Translations under genes and position numbers: made by a program | Assembly: GCA_964548165.1 (NCBI GenBank) | Contig: CAZJQD010000007.1 | Span: forward strand, 25,665 to 89,664 | DNA: 64,000 bases | Direction: 5' to 3' | From: an uncultured bacterium | Lineage (GTDB): Bacteria; UBA8481 | The notes under the pieces: model-generated | The model's input: the letters and a program-made list of their open reading frames with translations, nothing else | What the model was told of the DNA's origin: nothing | Databases searched by the model: none | Shown: positions 26,906 through 38,061 of the stretch, piece by piece | Layout: every line of letters begins with the position of its first letter | Numbering within the stretch: position 1 is the stretch's first letter

Positions 26906-29900
26906 TCAGGGGCGGCGGCCCATCATGCGACCGAGAACGGAGCCGAATCCAGAACGCGACTTCGGCCCGTGCTTGCGGATCTCGGCGAGGATCTTATAGG
27001 TCTCGGCGTGGAGCTCCCCCTGCGCGGCCGCGGTCTCGACGAGCGTGCGCGCGGCATCCAGGTCGCCGGATCGGAACATGATGAGCGCCAGGTTATGGAC
27101 AGCGCGCTGGTGCGTGGGGACCTCGGCGATGACCCGCTGGTAATACCGCACGGCCTCGGGGATATACCCCGTGTCCTCGAGCACCCGCGCCTTCTCGATC
27201 ATCTCGTCGATGGAGAGTTTATCATCAAGGGGCGGGAGTTCTTCCGCGATGAATTCGCCGCCGTCGTCAAAGGCAAGGCGAGGTTGCAGGAGCGGGGCGG
27301 CGGGCGATTCCGACGCCTGGGGCAAGGAGGGCTGCTTCGCCTGCGCGGCAGGCGCCGGCGCAGGTTCAGGCGCGGCAACGAATTCCGGCGGCAGAGGCGC
27401 CTGCCAGCCAGGAGCCGGGGCGATCGCGACGATCTCCGGGGGCGGCGGCTCGCCCACCGACTCGGTTGCGCGCGCCAATTCCGCCTCACGCGATGCCAGG
27501 TCGCGCCTCAGTGCCGCGCTGGCCGACTCGGCGGCGCGCCTGGCGGCCTCCGCCCGGTCACGCTCAGCCGCCAGGAGCTCACGCTCGGCCGCATCGTGGG
27601 CCCGCTCTTCCTCCAGGCTTCGCGCCCGCCCTCGCAGGGCGCTCAGCTCAGCCTGGGCCGCCTCCAGCTCCATGGCCAGTCGCTCCTGGTCCGCGGACGC
27701 CGCGACCGCGCTCGCGCGTTCCCGCTCCTCCAGCCGCGACCGTTCCATGAGCGCTTCCAGGTCGGCCAGTCGCCGCGCCGCCGCCTCGCGCTCGCGAGCC
27801 AGCGCCGCATTCTCCTCCCGAAGGCTTAGAGCCGCCCTCTCGGCCGCGCGCCACTTCTCGCGAATCTCGGCCAGTTCCGCCGAGCTCTTTGCCGGGGCCG
27901 CTCCCTCCGGGGCACCGGGCGCTGCGGCGCCCTGGCGCGAAACCAGGACCGAGGCCAGCTCATTCTGGATCCGGATGACCTCGGCGCGCAGTCGCGCGGT
28001 CTCGACGGCGTCCGCCGCCGTCTCGCCCGCACCCTCGCCCGGCGTAGCGACCGGCCGAGCCGCAAGGTCCTTGTGCAGGCGATCGATCTCGGCGCGCATC
28101 TCGGAGATGATCCGCGCCTCTCCATCATCACCGGCCACCTTGACCCGCTCGCGGAGCCACGTCCCCACCTCGCGCTTGAGAATGTCGAGCGCGCGGATCT
28201 CGAAATCCTTCTCGCGTCGCAGCAGGACGACCTCGCGGCGCATCCGCTCCAGGGCGTCGTCGAGAATCCGGCGTTCCTCGTCGGATGCGGCATCCTTGAG
28301 CCTCTCGGTGGGGGGAGAAACCGCCTGGACCCGGGCGCGAGCCGCCGCGAGCTCCTCCTCGACCGCCAGGAGATGGCGTCGATCCAACTCGCGCGCGGCA
28401 TCCGCGCTGGCGGCGGCGCGACGAGCCGCTTCCAACTCCTCGCGCATCCGCGCCAGTTCCTCTTGAGCGGCCTTGAGAGCCTCATGGTCCAGGTTCGGCG
28501 CCGAAGCGACCGGAAGGTCCGGGGGCGACGCCAGGGCGGCCAGCCGCTTCTCGGCGAGGTCGCGCTGCAGGGCGTCTCGCTCGGCGCGCATGGCATCCAG
28601 CTCGGCGCGCGCCTTCTCCATCCGGTCCCGCATCTCCGCAGCTCGCCGGTCCACGTCCTCGCGCGCCGCCTCGGCGGCTCGCCGTTCCTCTTCCACGGCA
28701 CGCCGCGCATGTTCCGACGCACGGGCGAGAGCATCCTGTTCCGCGGCAAGGGTTTCGACCACGGCACGGCGCTCCGCGATCTCGGACTCGATCTCCCCCA
28801 GCTCGCGCTCCACGGCCGACCGACGCTCCGCCTGCTCCTCCTCGAGCGCCTGCTCCCGGCCCGTCGAGGCCGCGGCGCGCAGAGGTTCAGTCGCCGCCCG
28901 GAGTTCCTCCAGCTCACGTTGAAGCGCCGCAACGCGATCCTCCATCAGGGCGCGCTGTGCGGCGAGGTCATCGTGCTGTTCCCTGAGGGCGGCCATGCTG
29001 CCCGCAAACTCCCGGCGCTCCTCCTCGAAGCGCGCCCGGTTCGCGGCCGCCGCCTCGATCTCGCCCGCCAACCGATCCCGCTCGGCGCGCTGAACGTCGA
29101 TGGAGGAAGCGAGCTCGGCGTGTGCGGCCGCCGCCTCCAGGGCGACGCGGCTCTCGGCATCCGCTCGCCTCGCCGCGATCTCCGCGTCGAGCGCGGCGAG
29201 GGCCTCGGCACGTCGCGACTCCAGCTCGCGCTGAAGGACCTGGAGGCTCTCTTCGCGCTGGGCGGCCATCTCGGCCTGCTGAACCTTGTCGCGTTGCTCC
29301 CACCGTTCCCCGAGCGCCGCGGACCGCTCGGCGTTCGCGGCATCGCGCGCCGCCTGCAACGCCTCAATCTCGCGCTCCAGGTCGCTTCTGCGCGACGCGG
29401 CCGCCTCCACCTCGCCGCGCATCGCCTCGAGGCGCGTCGCCAGGGTTCGCTCCTCCTCCAGGATCGCGGAACGATCCGCGGAGGCATGCTCGATCTCCTC
29501 GGCAAGTCGTCGACTCTCGGCCCGCGCGCTCTCCAGGCCCGCGGCCACGGCCGCGCGCTCGGCCTCGCACTCCTCCCGGAACGCGGCCCGCGCCGCCGTC
29601 TGCTCGATGCGAAGCGCCTCCAGGGCGGCCGCCCGCTCGTCCTCCAGCTGGCGCGCCAGGACGAGCGCCTCCTCCTCCTTCAGTCGCGCCAACTCCTCGG
29701 CCAATGCCCGTTCCGCGGTAGCACGGCGCTCGTCGAGCTCGCGCCAGAGTGCCGCGCGCTGCTCCTCGAACTCCGGCGGCATCGCCCCTTCGGCGTCGGA
29801 CGCGACGACAGGCACCGTCTCCGTCCCGTAGCCGCCTGGCGCCGGCGCCGAGAAGACCTGATCACGCTCGGCCTCTGCCTGTGCCCGCGCCGCGAGCGCT

Positions 29901-32458
29901 TCATCTCGCGCCGCGAATGCTTCATCCCGCGCCGCGAGCGCTTCATCCCGCGCCGCGAGCGCTTCATCCCGCGCCGCGATAGCCGCCGCGCGATCCGCGA
30001 GAACGGCATCGCGCTCGGACTGCGCCTGGTCCCTCGAAGCGCTGAGCGACTCCGTTTCGGCCGCCAGGGCCTCCTTCTGCGCGCCGTAGGCACGAAACTC
30101 CTCCAGGAGCTCGGAACGGCGCCGTCCCAGCTCCACGAGCGCCGCATCCAGCTCCTCGCGCTCCGCGCGCCGGGCGGCGAGCTGGGCCTCGACCTCCAGG
30201 ATGCCGCCGACGCGCGACGCCTCCGCGCCCAGGCCGTGGGCCGCGGATTCGGCCTGCATCGCGGACTCCTCCGCCACTGCGCGTTTCCGCTTCAGGTCCT
30301 CGATGGTCGAGGACAACTGCGCCTGGTCCTCGCGAAGCCCGCGGCAAATCTCCTTCAGCCGCGCTTCCTCCTGCCTCGTCGCCTCCACGTCTCGCGCCAG
30401 GTCGGCCGAGCCCGCGCGGGCCGCCTCGAGCCGGGACTGCCAGCCGGCGGCCTCCTCGCGGACCGCCGCCAGCTCGCCCTGCCGCTCGGCCAGCGCCGCG
30501 CCCATCGCGCTCAGCTCGCCGCGCCGCGCTTCCAGCTCGGCATCCAGCGCGCCGCGTTCCTCATCGGTGCGTCTCTGCGTTTCGTCCCGCAACTGCTGGA
30601 GACGCCCGCGGACCTCCGCCAGCTCCGACGCCACCGCTTCGCGATCCGCCGCCAGGCGCCCCGCCTCCGCGCGGATCGCCGCGAGATCGGCGCGAGCCAG
30701 TTCGAGGTCCGCGTCGAGAGCGGCTCGCGACTGTCGGGCCTCCTCCTCGAGGACGGACCGCTGGCGAGCCGCCGCCGAGGCCGCGTCGGCCGCCGACGCC
30801 AAGGCCTCGTCACGCGTGGTGAGCGCCGCCGCCAGTTCCGCCTGCACGTTCACCAGCTGGGCGCGCGCCGCGCCCGCCCGTTCCTCAGCTTCGCGACCCT
30901 CGAGTTCCGCGGCGGCGCGGGCTTCTTCCGCGCGCTGGCGCGCCTCCGCAAGAGCGGTCGCCTCCGCCCGCAGGCGCTCCAGGCCCGCGTCCAGCTCCCT
31001 GGCCTCCACCTCCGCGGCATGCCTCTGCGCGAGTCGCGCGTCCCGCGCGCGCTCCGAGGCCGAAAGCTCCTCGCGAACCGCGACGAGGCCCGCGTCCAGC
31101 TCCTCCCTCTGCCGGGACACCAGCGCCGCCTCGGTCCGCAGGCGATCGAGCTCGGCGCGGGCCTCCACGAGCTCCTGGTCGATGCGGACGCGCTCGTGGG
31201 ATCCCGCCTGGAGCTCCTCGTGCTGGTCGCGACGCGCCGACGCCGCCGCTTCCTCGACCTTGGCGAGGTCCGCGCCCAGGAGCGATCGCCGCGCCTCGAG
31301 CTCGGCTATGTGCTCGGTCAGCGAACGCGCCTTGTTGGCCTCGGCCGCCAGGGACTCAGCCGCCATCTTCTGGCGCTCGACCATCCGCCCCTCGACCTCG
31401 AAGCTCTTCATCTCGAGATCGGAGAGCTGTTGTTGAACCTCGGTCCGCCGATCCTCCAGCCGGGTCAGCTCGTCGCGCACCTCGTGGAGCGAGGCCTTCA
31501 GGGCCTCGAGCTCCCCGACCTGCTGCGTCAGGGCCTGGACCTTCTCGCCCAGCCTCTGCTCCTCCATCGCCAGCGCGGCAATGGCCACGCTATCGGTCGG
31601 CGCCGCGTCGCCGGCCGCGGTCCGCGCGTCGCGATCGGCGGAACCGGCGGCGTCTCCACCGAAATTCCCGGCATCCGTCGTCCCCTCAGCACCCGCCGCC
31701 GCCATGAGGGCCGCAAGACCTTCTAGTGCGGGTGCTGCGACTGCCTCCAGGACCCCGGGCGTACTGCCGGCCATCCCTCCCCCTTCCGGCGATTCTTCCG
31801 GCTTCTCCCATCCGCAGAGCGAACAGCGCCCGCTGTCCTTGAGCATGTTGGCCTTGCACTGCGGACAAGTCTCGAACGTCGGCTCGTGGAAGAGCACGGT
31901 CTCGCGGTCCGACAGGAGCATGCCGCAGATGTAGCAGCGATCGGCATCGTGCTTCACGACGGCGCGACAGTTCGGACAGCGCTTCGGCGGCTTGACCTCC
32001 TCCTTCTTCTCTTCCTTCGGCTCGGCCTCGGGCTCCCCACCCATCCAGCCTGGACGAATACGCGATTGCATGCTGGATGCCCCGCCCAGGGAGCGGCTCA
32101 ACCGCTCCCGCTGCATCGCCTCCGCGGCGCGGACCGCCTGGTCGCGCCCCACGTAGGTGCTGAACTCGCGCGACCCGCCCTGCACCTCGAGGAGGTCATC
32201 GAGCGCGCGCTCTTCGCCGGAAAAGACGAGGAAGACGCGCCCCTCCTTGCGCCCCAGCTTGCGCGCGGCCTTGATGAGCAGTTCCCCGGCGCCGGGAATG
32301 AACCGCCGCGCCTCGCGGAGATCGACCACCAGCACGGTCTCGCTGGCGATGAGCTCCTCGAGCCCGCGGGTGAAGATGTCCATGTCCTGGGGGTCCATGA
32401 ACCCGCGCATCTGCACGACGGGGACGGAACCGATACGGGCGGAGGAGATATCAAGCAT
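26906..32458 (-). CDS. giant (1850 aa) protein: N-terminal STAS-like domain, two zinc ribbons, about 1400-aa coiled coil, Pro-rich linker, C-terminal TPR
   Basis: N-terminal SpoIIAA/STAS-like fold (VVQMRGFMDPQDMDIFTRGLEELIASETVLVVDLREARRFIPGAGELL) without a phosphorylatable Ser. Zinc ribbons CPNCx9CYICG and CPQCx9CSLCG. A long Ala/Glu/Arg/Leu heptad-rich region (ARDEALA...). PPPPEIVAIAPAPGW linker. TPR-like C-terminus (YYQRVIAEVPTHQRAVHNLALIMFRSGDLDAARTLVE). Confidence 0.8.
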   Translation of the reverse strand: MLDISSARIGSVPVVQMRGFMDPQDMDIFTRGLEELIASETVLVVDLREARRFIPGAGELLIKAARKLGRKEGRVFLVFSGEERALDDLLEVQGGSREFSTYVGRDQAVRAAEAMQRERLSRSLGGASSMQSRIRPGWMGGEPEAEPKEEKKEEVKPPKRCPNCRAVVKHDADRCYICGMLLSDRETVLFHEPTFETCPQCKANMLKDSGRCSLCGWEKPEESPEGGGMAGSTPGVLEAVAAPALEGLAALMAAAGAEGTTDAGNFGGDAAGSADRDARTAAGDAAPTDSVAIAALAMEEQRLGEKVQALTQQVGELEALKASLHEVRDELTRLEDRRTEVQQQLSDLEMKSFEVEGRMVERQKMAAESLAAEANKARSLTEHIAELEARRSLLGADLAKVEEAAASARRDQHEELQAGSHERVRIDQELVEARAELDRLRTEAALVSRQREELDAGLVAVREELSASERARDARLAQRHAAEVEARELDAGLERLRAEATALAEARQRAEEARAAAELEGREAEERAGAARAQLVNVQAELAAALTTRDEALASAADAASAAARQRSVLEEEARQSRAALDADLELARADLAAIRAEAGRLAADREAVASELAEVRGRLQQLRDETQRRTDEERGALDAELEARRGELSAMGAALAERQGELAAVREEAAGWQSRLEAARAGSADLARDVEATRQEEARLKEICRGLREDQAQLSSTIEDLKRKRAVAEESAMQAESAAHGLGAEASRVGGILEVEAQLAARRAEREELDAALVELGRRRSELLEEFRAYGAQKEALAAETESLSASRDQAQSERDAVLADRAAAIAARDEALAARDEALAARDEAFAARDEALAARAQAEAERDQVFSAPAPGGYGTETVPVVASDAEGAMPPEFEEQRAALWRELDERRATAERALAEELARLKEEEALVLARQLEDERAAALEALRIEQTAARAAFREECEAERAAVAAGLESARAESRRLAEEIEHASADRSAILEEERTLATRLEAMRGEVEAAASRRSDLEREIEALQAARDAANAERSAALGERWEQRDKVQQAEMAAQREESLQVLQRELESRRAEALAALDAEIAARRADAESRVALEAAAAHAELASSIDVQRAERDRLAGEIEAAAANRARFEEERREFAGSMAALREQHDDLAAQRALMEDRVAALQRELEELRAATEPLRAAASTGREQALEEEQAERRSAVERELGEIESEIAERRAVVETLAAEQDALARASEHARRAVEEERRAAEAAREDVDRRAAEMRDRMEKARAELDAMRAERDALQRDLAEKRLAALASPPDLPVASAPNLDHEALKAAQEELARMREELEAARRAAASADAARELDRRHLLAVEEELAAARARVQAVSPPTERLKDAASDEERRILDDALERMRREVVLLRREKDFEIRALDILKREVGTWLRERVKVAGDDGEARIISEMRAEIDRLHKDLAARPVATPGEGAGETAADAVETARLRAEVIRIQNELASVLVSRQGAAAPGAPEGAAPAKSSAELAEIREKWRAAERAALSLREENAALAREREAAARRLADLEALMERSRLEERERASAVAASADQERLAMELEAAQAELSALRGRARSLEEERAHDAAERELLAAERDRAEAARRAAESASAALRRDLASREAELARATESVGEPPPPEIVAIAPAPGWQAPLPPEFVAAPEPAPAPAAQAKQPSLPQASESPAAPLLQPRLAFDDGGEFIAEELPPLDDKLSIDEMIEKARVLEDTGYIPEAVRYYQRVIAEVPTHQRAVHNLALIMFRSGDLDAARTLVETAAAQGELHAETYKILAEIRKHGPKSRSGFGSVLGRMMGRRP
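29888..29980 (-). repeat. 21-nt tandem repeat (about 4.4 copies) inside the coiled-coil gene
   Basis: Plus-strand unit cgccgcgagcgcttcatcccg. On the coding strand it encodes ARDEALAARDEALAARDEAFAARDEALA heptads. Confidence 0.8.
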
Positions 32459-32482
32459 GCGAGGTTCCCGCTGCGGGGCGGA

Positions 32483-32893
32483 TCACGCCGCCGACGGCAC
32501 CACGGCGACCGCGGCGATCTCGATGAGGACTCCCCTGGGAAGGGCCGGAACCTCCACGGTGATCCGCGCGGGCGGTGGACCGGCCGTGAACCGGCGACCG
32601 TAGATCTCGTTGACCGTGGCGAAGTGCTGGAGCGAGGTGACGAAGATCTGGCACTGCACGATGTCGCCCCAGCCACAGCCGCCGGCGGCCAGGACGGCCT
32701 CGAGATTCTCCAGTGTGCGCTCGGTCTGCTCCACGATCCCACCTTCGACGACGAGTCCGGTGGTGGGATCGAGCGGAATCTGGCCGGACGTGTAGAGGAA
32801 ACCGTTTCCAGACGCGCCTGTGGCCAGGATGGCCTGGGAATAGGGACCAATCGCGGCGGGTGCTCGTTCGGTAGCGATCGCCTTCTTGCTCAT
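32483..32893 (-). CDS. ridA: RidA/YjgF-family reactive-intermediate deaminase
   Basis: Start at ATG 32893 (MSKKAIATERAPAAIGPYSQAI...), 136 aa, with a typical RidA core (GPYSQA, fold ending EIAAVA). The track ORF start at 33034 is an upstream extension. Confidence 0.8.
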   Translation of the reverse strand: MSKKAIATERAPAAIGPYSQAILATGASGNGFLYTSGQIPLDPTTGLVVEGGIVEQTERTLENLEAVLAAGGCGWGDIVQCQIFVTSLQHFATVNEIYGRRFTAGPPPARITVEVPALPRGVLIEIAAVAVVPSAA

Positions 32894-32968
32894 AATCACA
32901 TGCGAGAATACCGCACCCGGAGGGAGCGTCCCAAGCACTTTCCCGTCCCACCATCCACAAGACCGCGC

Positions 32969-32974
32969 TATAAT
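32969..32974 (+). promoter_or_regulatory. TATAAT -10 hexamer upstream of htpG
   Basis: Perfect TATAAT 78 nt upstream of the htpG TTG start. There is no convincing -35 or sigma-32 box nearby. Confidence 0.25.
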
Positions 32975-33051
32975 CGTCTCCCGCCGGGCGGCTCTCCCCT
33001 CCGGCCGGGCCGAGGTCCGGCCCGAACCCACCATTCCAGGAGTCTGTTCCC

Positions 33052-34887
<1,836 letters not shown>

Positions 34888-34897
34888 ACGAGGGTTC

Positions 34898-35317
34898 GTG
34901 ACGCGCACCCTTCACCTCCTCGCTGGGCATGCGTGCGCGGGACTCGGGATCGTGGGCCTCTTTGTCCCGCTCCTGCCGACGACGCCGTTTCTTCTCCTGG
35001 CCCTCTATTTCTACTCGCGGAGTTCCACGCGCATGCACCAGTGGATGCTGCGCCATCCCCGGTTCGGTGAGACCCTGCGGCACTGGCAGGAACACGGCTC
35101 GATCGGCCTCCGGGCCAAGGTGCTGGCGACGAGCCTCATCCTGCTCTCGTCAGCCTACCTGGTCGCCACGCGTCCCTGGCCGCTCGCCGCCCAGGTCGCC
35201 ATCGGCATCGGCGGCGGCATCCTCATCCTGTTTCTCGTCTCGCGCCCGTCGCCGCCCGCGCGGCCTGCCGATGAGCCTTACGAAGGCCCAGGGAAGATCA
35301 ACCGCCCAGCATCGTGA
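34898..35317 (+). CDS. YbaN/DUF454-family inner-membrane protein
   Basis: 139 aa, two hydrophobic hairpins (GIVGLFVPLLPTTPFLLLALYFYSR...), the typical YbaN pattern. Confidence 0.65.
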   Translation: MTRTLHLLAGHACAGLGIVGLFVPLLPTTPFLLLALYFYSRSSTRMHQWMLRHPRFGETLRHWQEHGSIGLRAKVLATSLILLSSAYLVATRPWPLAAQVAIGIGGGILILFLVSRPSPPARPADEPYEGPGKINRPAS

Positions 35318-35687
35318 GGAGATCCTTGAGGTGGAATGGCTTGGGCAGGAGCGACACGTTCTCACCCTCCAGGCCGCTATGCCCGAGGTAATCGGGATCC
35401 AGCGCACCGGTGATGAGGACGATGCGCGGCCGAGGAGACTGCGCTTGAGCCGCCCGCGCCAGGTCCAGGCCGCTCACGCGCGGCATGTTCACGTCGAGGA
35501 GAAGGTAGGCGTAGTGGCGAGACGCGATGAGCTTCAAGGCCTCGGCGCCATCGGTCGTCGTCGTCACGTCGTAGCCGCGGGAATCGAGCAGCGACTCGAG
35601 CGAGCGGCAGATCGCGGCCTCGTCATCCACCAGGAGCAGGGATCGGTCCCCGGCGGACAGGGGCGTCCTCGCCCCGGTCGCGGTCAC
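35298..35687 (-). CDS. stand-alone response-regulator receiver (CheY-like)
   Basis: LLVDDE, phospho-acceptor LLLDVNMP, and the conserved K in LLPKPF. Confidence 0.8.
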   Translation of the reverse strand: MTATGARTPLSAGDRSLLLVDDEAAICRSLESLLDSRGYDVTTTTDGAEALKLIASRHYAYLLLDVNMPRVSGLDLARAAQAQSPRPRIVLITGALDPDYLGHSGLEGENVSLLPKPFHLKDLLTMLGG

Positions 35688-37285
35688 GCGATCCCTCCCG
35701 CGGGCGCGCTGGCGCCGCTCTCAAGCGGAAAACAGAGCGTGAACGCGGAGCCGCTTCCCAGCGCGCTCTCCACCGTGATCCGTCCCCCGTGCTCCTGCAT
35801 GATGCTGTAAGAAACCGCCAGGCCCAGGCCGTTGCCCTTGAGATGGGGCTCGCCATTCGCGTAGGCCCCCTTCGTGGTGAAGAACGGCGTGAATATTTGA
35901 TCCATCACCTCGCGGCTCATCCCGGTGCCACGGTCGGCGACGCGGAGCCGCGCTTCCCGGCCGTCATCCGCGATCGACGCGGCCAGGGTGAGAGAGCCGC
36001 CCTGGGTCGTCCTCATGGCGTCGCGGGCGTTGAGGACGAGATTGAGTAGAACCTGCTGGATCCGGCCGCTGTCCGCCATCACGACCAGGTCCTCCGGGAT
36101 GGCGACCCGGACCTGGATGTTCTCGGCCAAGAGCGCCGTGCGCTGCACGGTCAGCACGCGTTCGACCATCTCCAGGACGCGCGTCCGCTCCATCCGGGGC
36201 GGCACGGGGCGCGCCAGGGCCATGATCCCGGCGGCCACCTGTCTCCCCCGCTCCGTCTGCTCGTCGATGGTCGCCAGCCGGGCGAGGGCCGCCGGGTGCG
36301 CGGCAACCGCGGGATCCATCTCCAGCATCTGCGACTCAATGCGCACGATGGCGAGAATATTGTTGAACTCGTGCGCGATCCCGGAGGCGAGCTTACCGAC
36401 GGCGGCCAGACGCTCGGAGCGCACCAGGGCCTCCTCCGTCTTGCGCTTCTCGGTGATGTCCTGGACGGTGCCGCGCGAGACGAGCGGCCGACCGTCGGGA
36501 CTGAACTCCGTCTCGCACCGCTCCTCGACGTGCTTGACCCGCCCGTCCTGCATGAGGAGGCGATGGGTGATCGCGTAGGGCGTCCGCTCCTTGAGCGATC
36601 GGCTGTAGGCGTCGTTGACCGCGTCCCTGTCCTCCGGGTGGATGGCCGCCAGGAAGGCCTCGTACGAGGCCTGGAACCGACCCGGATCGATCTCGAAGAT
36701 CCGGTAGATCTCGTCGGACCACGCGAGCTGGTTGCGCTCGATATCCAGCTCCCAGCTCCCTATCGACGCGACCCGCTGGGCCTCCTTCAACCGCTCCTCG
36801 CTCTCGCGAAGCGCGGTCTCGGCGCTCTTGCGCCGCGTGATATCCAGCTCCATCCCGTTCCAGAGGATGCCGCCGTCCGCTTCGCGCACGGGTTCGGAGC
36901 AGAGATGCGACCAGCGGGCTCCGCCCTCGCGGGTCCGGACGCGCACCTCCTCCGAAAAGACCGTCATCGTCCGCGCGGCCTCGGACTCGGCGGCCGCGAC
37001 TCGATCCCGGTCCTCCTCCAGGATCTGGCCATACAAGGCCTGCGGATTCGCCAGGACCTCCGCGACGCTTATGCCGTGGAGTTTCTCGACGCCGGCGCTG
37101 ACGTACGTGAACTGCCGCCGGCCGTCCGGGTGAAACCTCACCTGGTAGATCATCCCGTCCGGCAGGTTGTCACTGAGGAACCGGAGGCGGCGCTCCCTAT
37201 CCTCGAGCTCATGGGCCATGCGAGCCGGCTCCGGGTGCCCGGGCATATCCTTCGCATCATGCGCCATCGCGATCCCATTATACAC
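35684..37285 (-). CDS. PAS-domain sensor histidine kinase (two PAS domains, HisKA, HATPase_c)
   Basis: H-box IAHEFNNIL, N-box LNLVLNARDA, and G-boxes DRGTGM and GNGLGLAVS. Overlaps the REC gene by 4 nt. Confidence 0.85.
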   Translation of the reverse strand: MYNGIAMAHDAKDMPGHPEPARMAHELEDRERRLRFLSDNLPDGMIYQVRFHPDGRRQFTYVSAGVEKLHGISVAEVLANPQALYGQILEEDRDRVAAAESEAARTMTVFSEEVRVRTREGGARWSHLCSEPVREADGGILWNGMELDITRRKSAETALRESEERLKEAQRVASIGSWELDIERNQLAWSDEIYRIFEIDPGRFQASYEAFLAAIHPEDRDAVNDAYSRSLKERTPYAITHRLLMQDGRVKHVEERCETEFSPDGRPLVSRGTVQDITEKRKTEEALVRSERLAAVGKLASGIAHEFNNILAIVRIESQMLEMDPAVAAHPAALARLATIDEQTERGRQVAAGIMALARPVPPRMERTRVLEMVERVLTVQRTALLAENIQVRVAIPEDLVVMADSGRIQQVLLNLVLNARDAMRTTQGGSLTLAASIADDGREARLRVADRGTGMSREVMDQIFTPFFTTKGAYANGEPHLKGNGLGLAVSYSIMQEHGGRITVESALGSGSAFTLCFPLESGASAPAGGIA

Positions 37286-37474
37286 ATTCTGATGCCGTTA
37301 GAACCACGGCGTGCGAACCCCAGCCCCTGGGAGGGGCAGGAACGGAAGCGTCATTTCCGCGAAAACGGGAACTCAGACCTGGCCGTAGACCTCAACGCGG
37401 ATTCCCACCTGCGCGAGAATGACGGACCATCGAGACGCCGGGGAACAACCGCCGGGTTACCGGCTACGGCGCCC

Positions 37475-38059
37475 TCAGCGCAGGACCACGCTCCGCGGGG
37501 CCACCTTGAGCACGCGGATGTTCTCGGTGTAGGCGGCCCGTTCCTCGGGGAGGATGTCGGAACGCGCCAGCAGTTCCTCGAAGATCGCGATGCTGTCGTC
37601 GGGAAAGCCCTGCTCCGCGAGAAAGACGGCCTTCAGGGTCATCGCGTAGTGCCGTCCGAGCGGCTTCTCGAGCTCGATCGCGCGGTCGTAGGCGGCCTTG
37701 GCCGCCGCCAGGGCCCCGATCTTGCCGCGCACGAGGCCGATGTTGACCCAGACCATGGCGCGATAGGTGTCCGGCAGTCCCGACTGCTCGAGCTTCTCCA
37801 GTTCCACGAGCGCAAGGAACGGACGCTTGTTCTGGATGGCGCTGTCCGCCGCCATGTTCGCCGCCTGCATGCGCGCCAGGATCTCCGAATCCGTCCCCGG
37901 ACCGGGCGCGATCGAGACGAAGGCGGTCGGAGGCGTCGCCGCCGGTGTGTCCGCCACGGGCGGGGCCGGCGGCGCAGGGGACCCTCCGCAGGAGATGACA
38001 CCGGCCGCGGCCATCGCCACCGCCACAGCGGTGGTGATGGCTTTCAGGTGGCCGGTCAC
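37475..38059 (-). CDS. TPR-repeat lipoprotein
   Basis: Signal plus lipobox (AAAGVISCGG), a Pro/Ala linker, and TPR-like helices. Confidence 0.6.
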   Translation of the reverse strand: MTGHLKAITTAVAVAMAAAGVISCGGSPAPPAPPVADTPAATPPTAFVSIAPGPGTDSEILARMQAANMAADSAIQNKRPFLALVELEKLEQSGLPDTYRAMVWVNIGLVRGKIGALAAAKAAYDRAIELEKPLGRHYAMTLKAVFLAEQGFPDDSIAIFEELLARSDILPEERAAYTENIRVLKVAPRSVVLR

Positions 38060-38061
38060 CC

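Noticed and set aside
28073-31726. 1217-aa plus-strand ORF
   Set aside because: Antisense shadow of the coiled-coil gene (Leu/Arg/Gly-rich, repetitive). The minus-strand frame has the coherent domain architecture.
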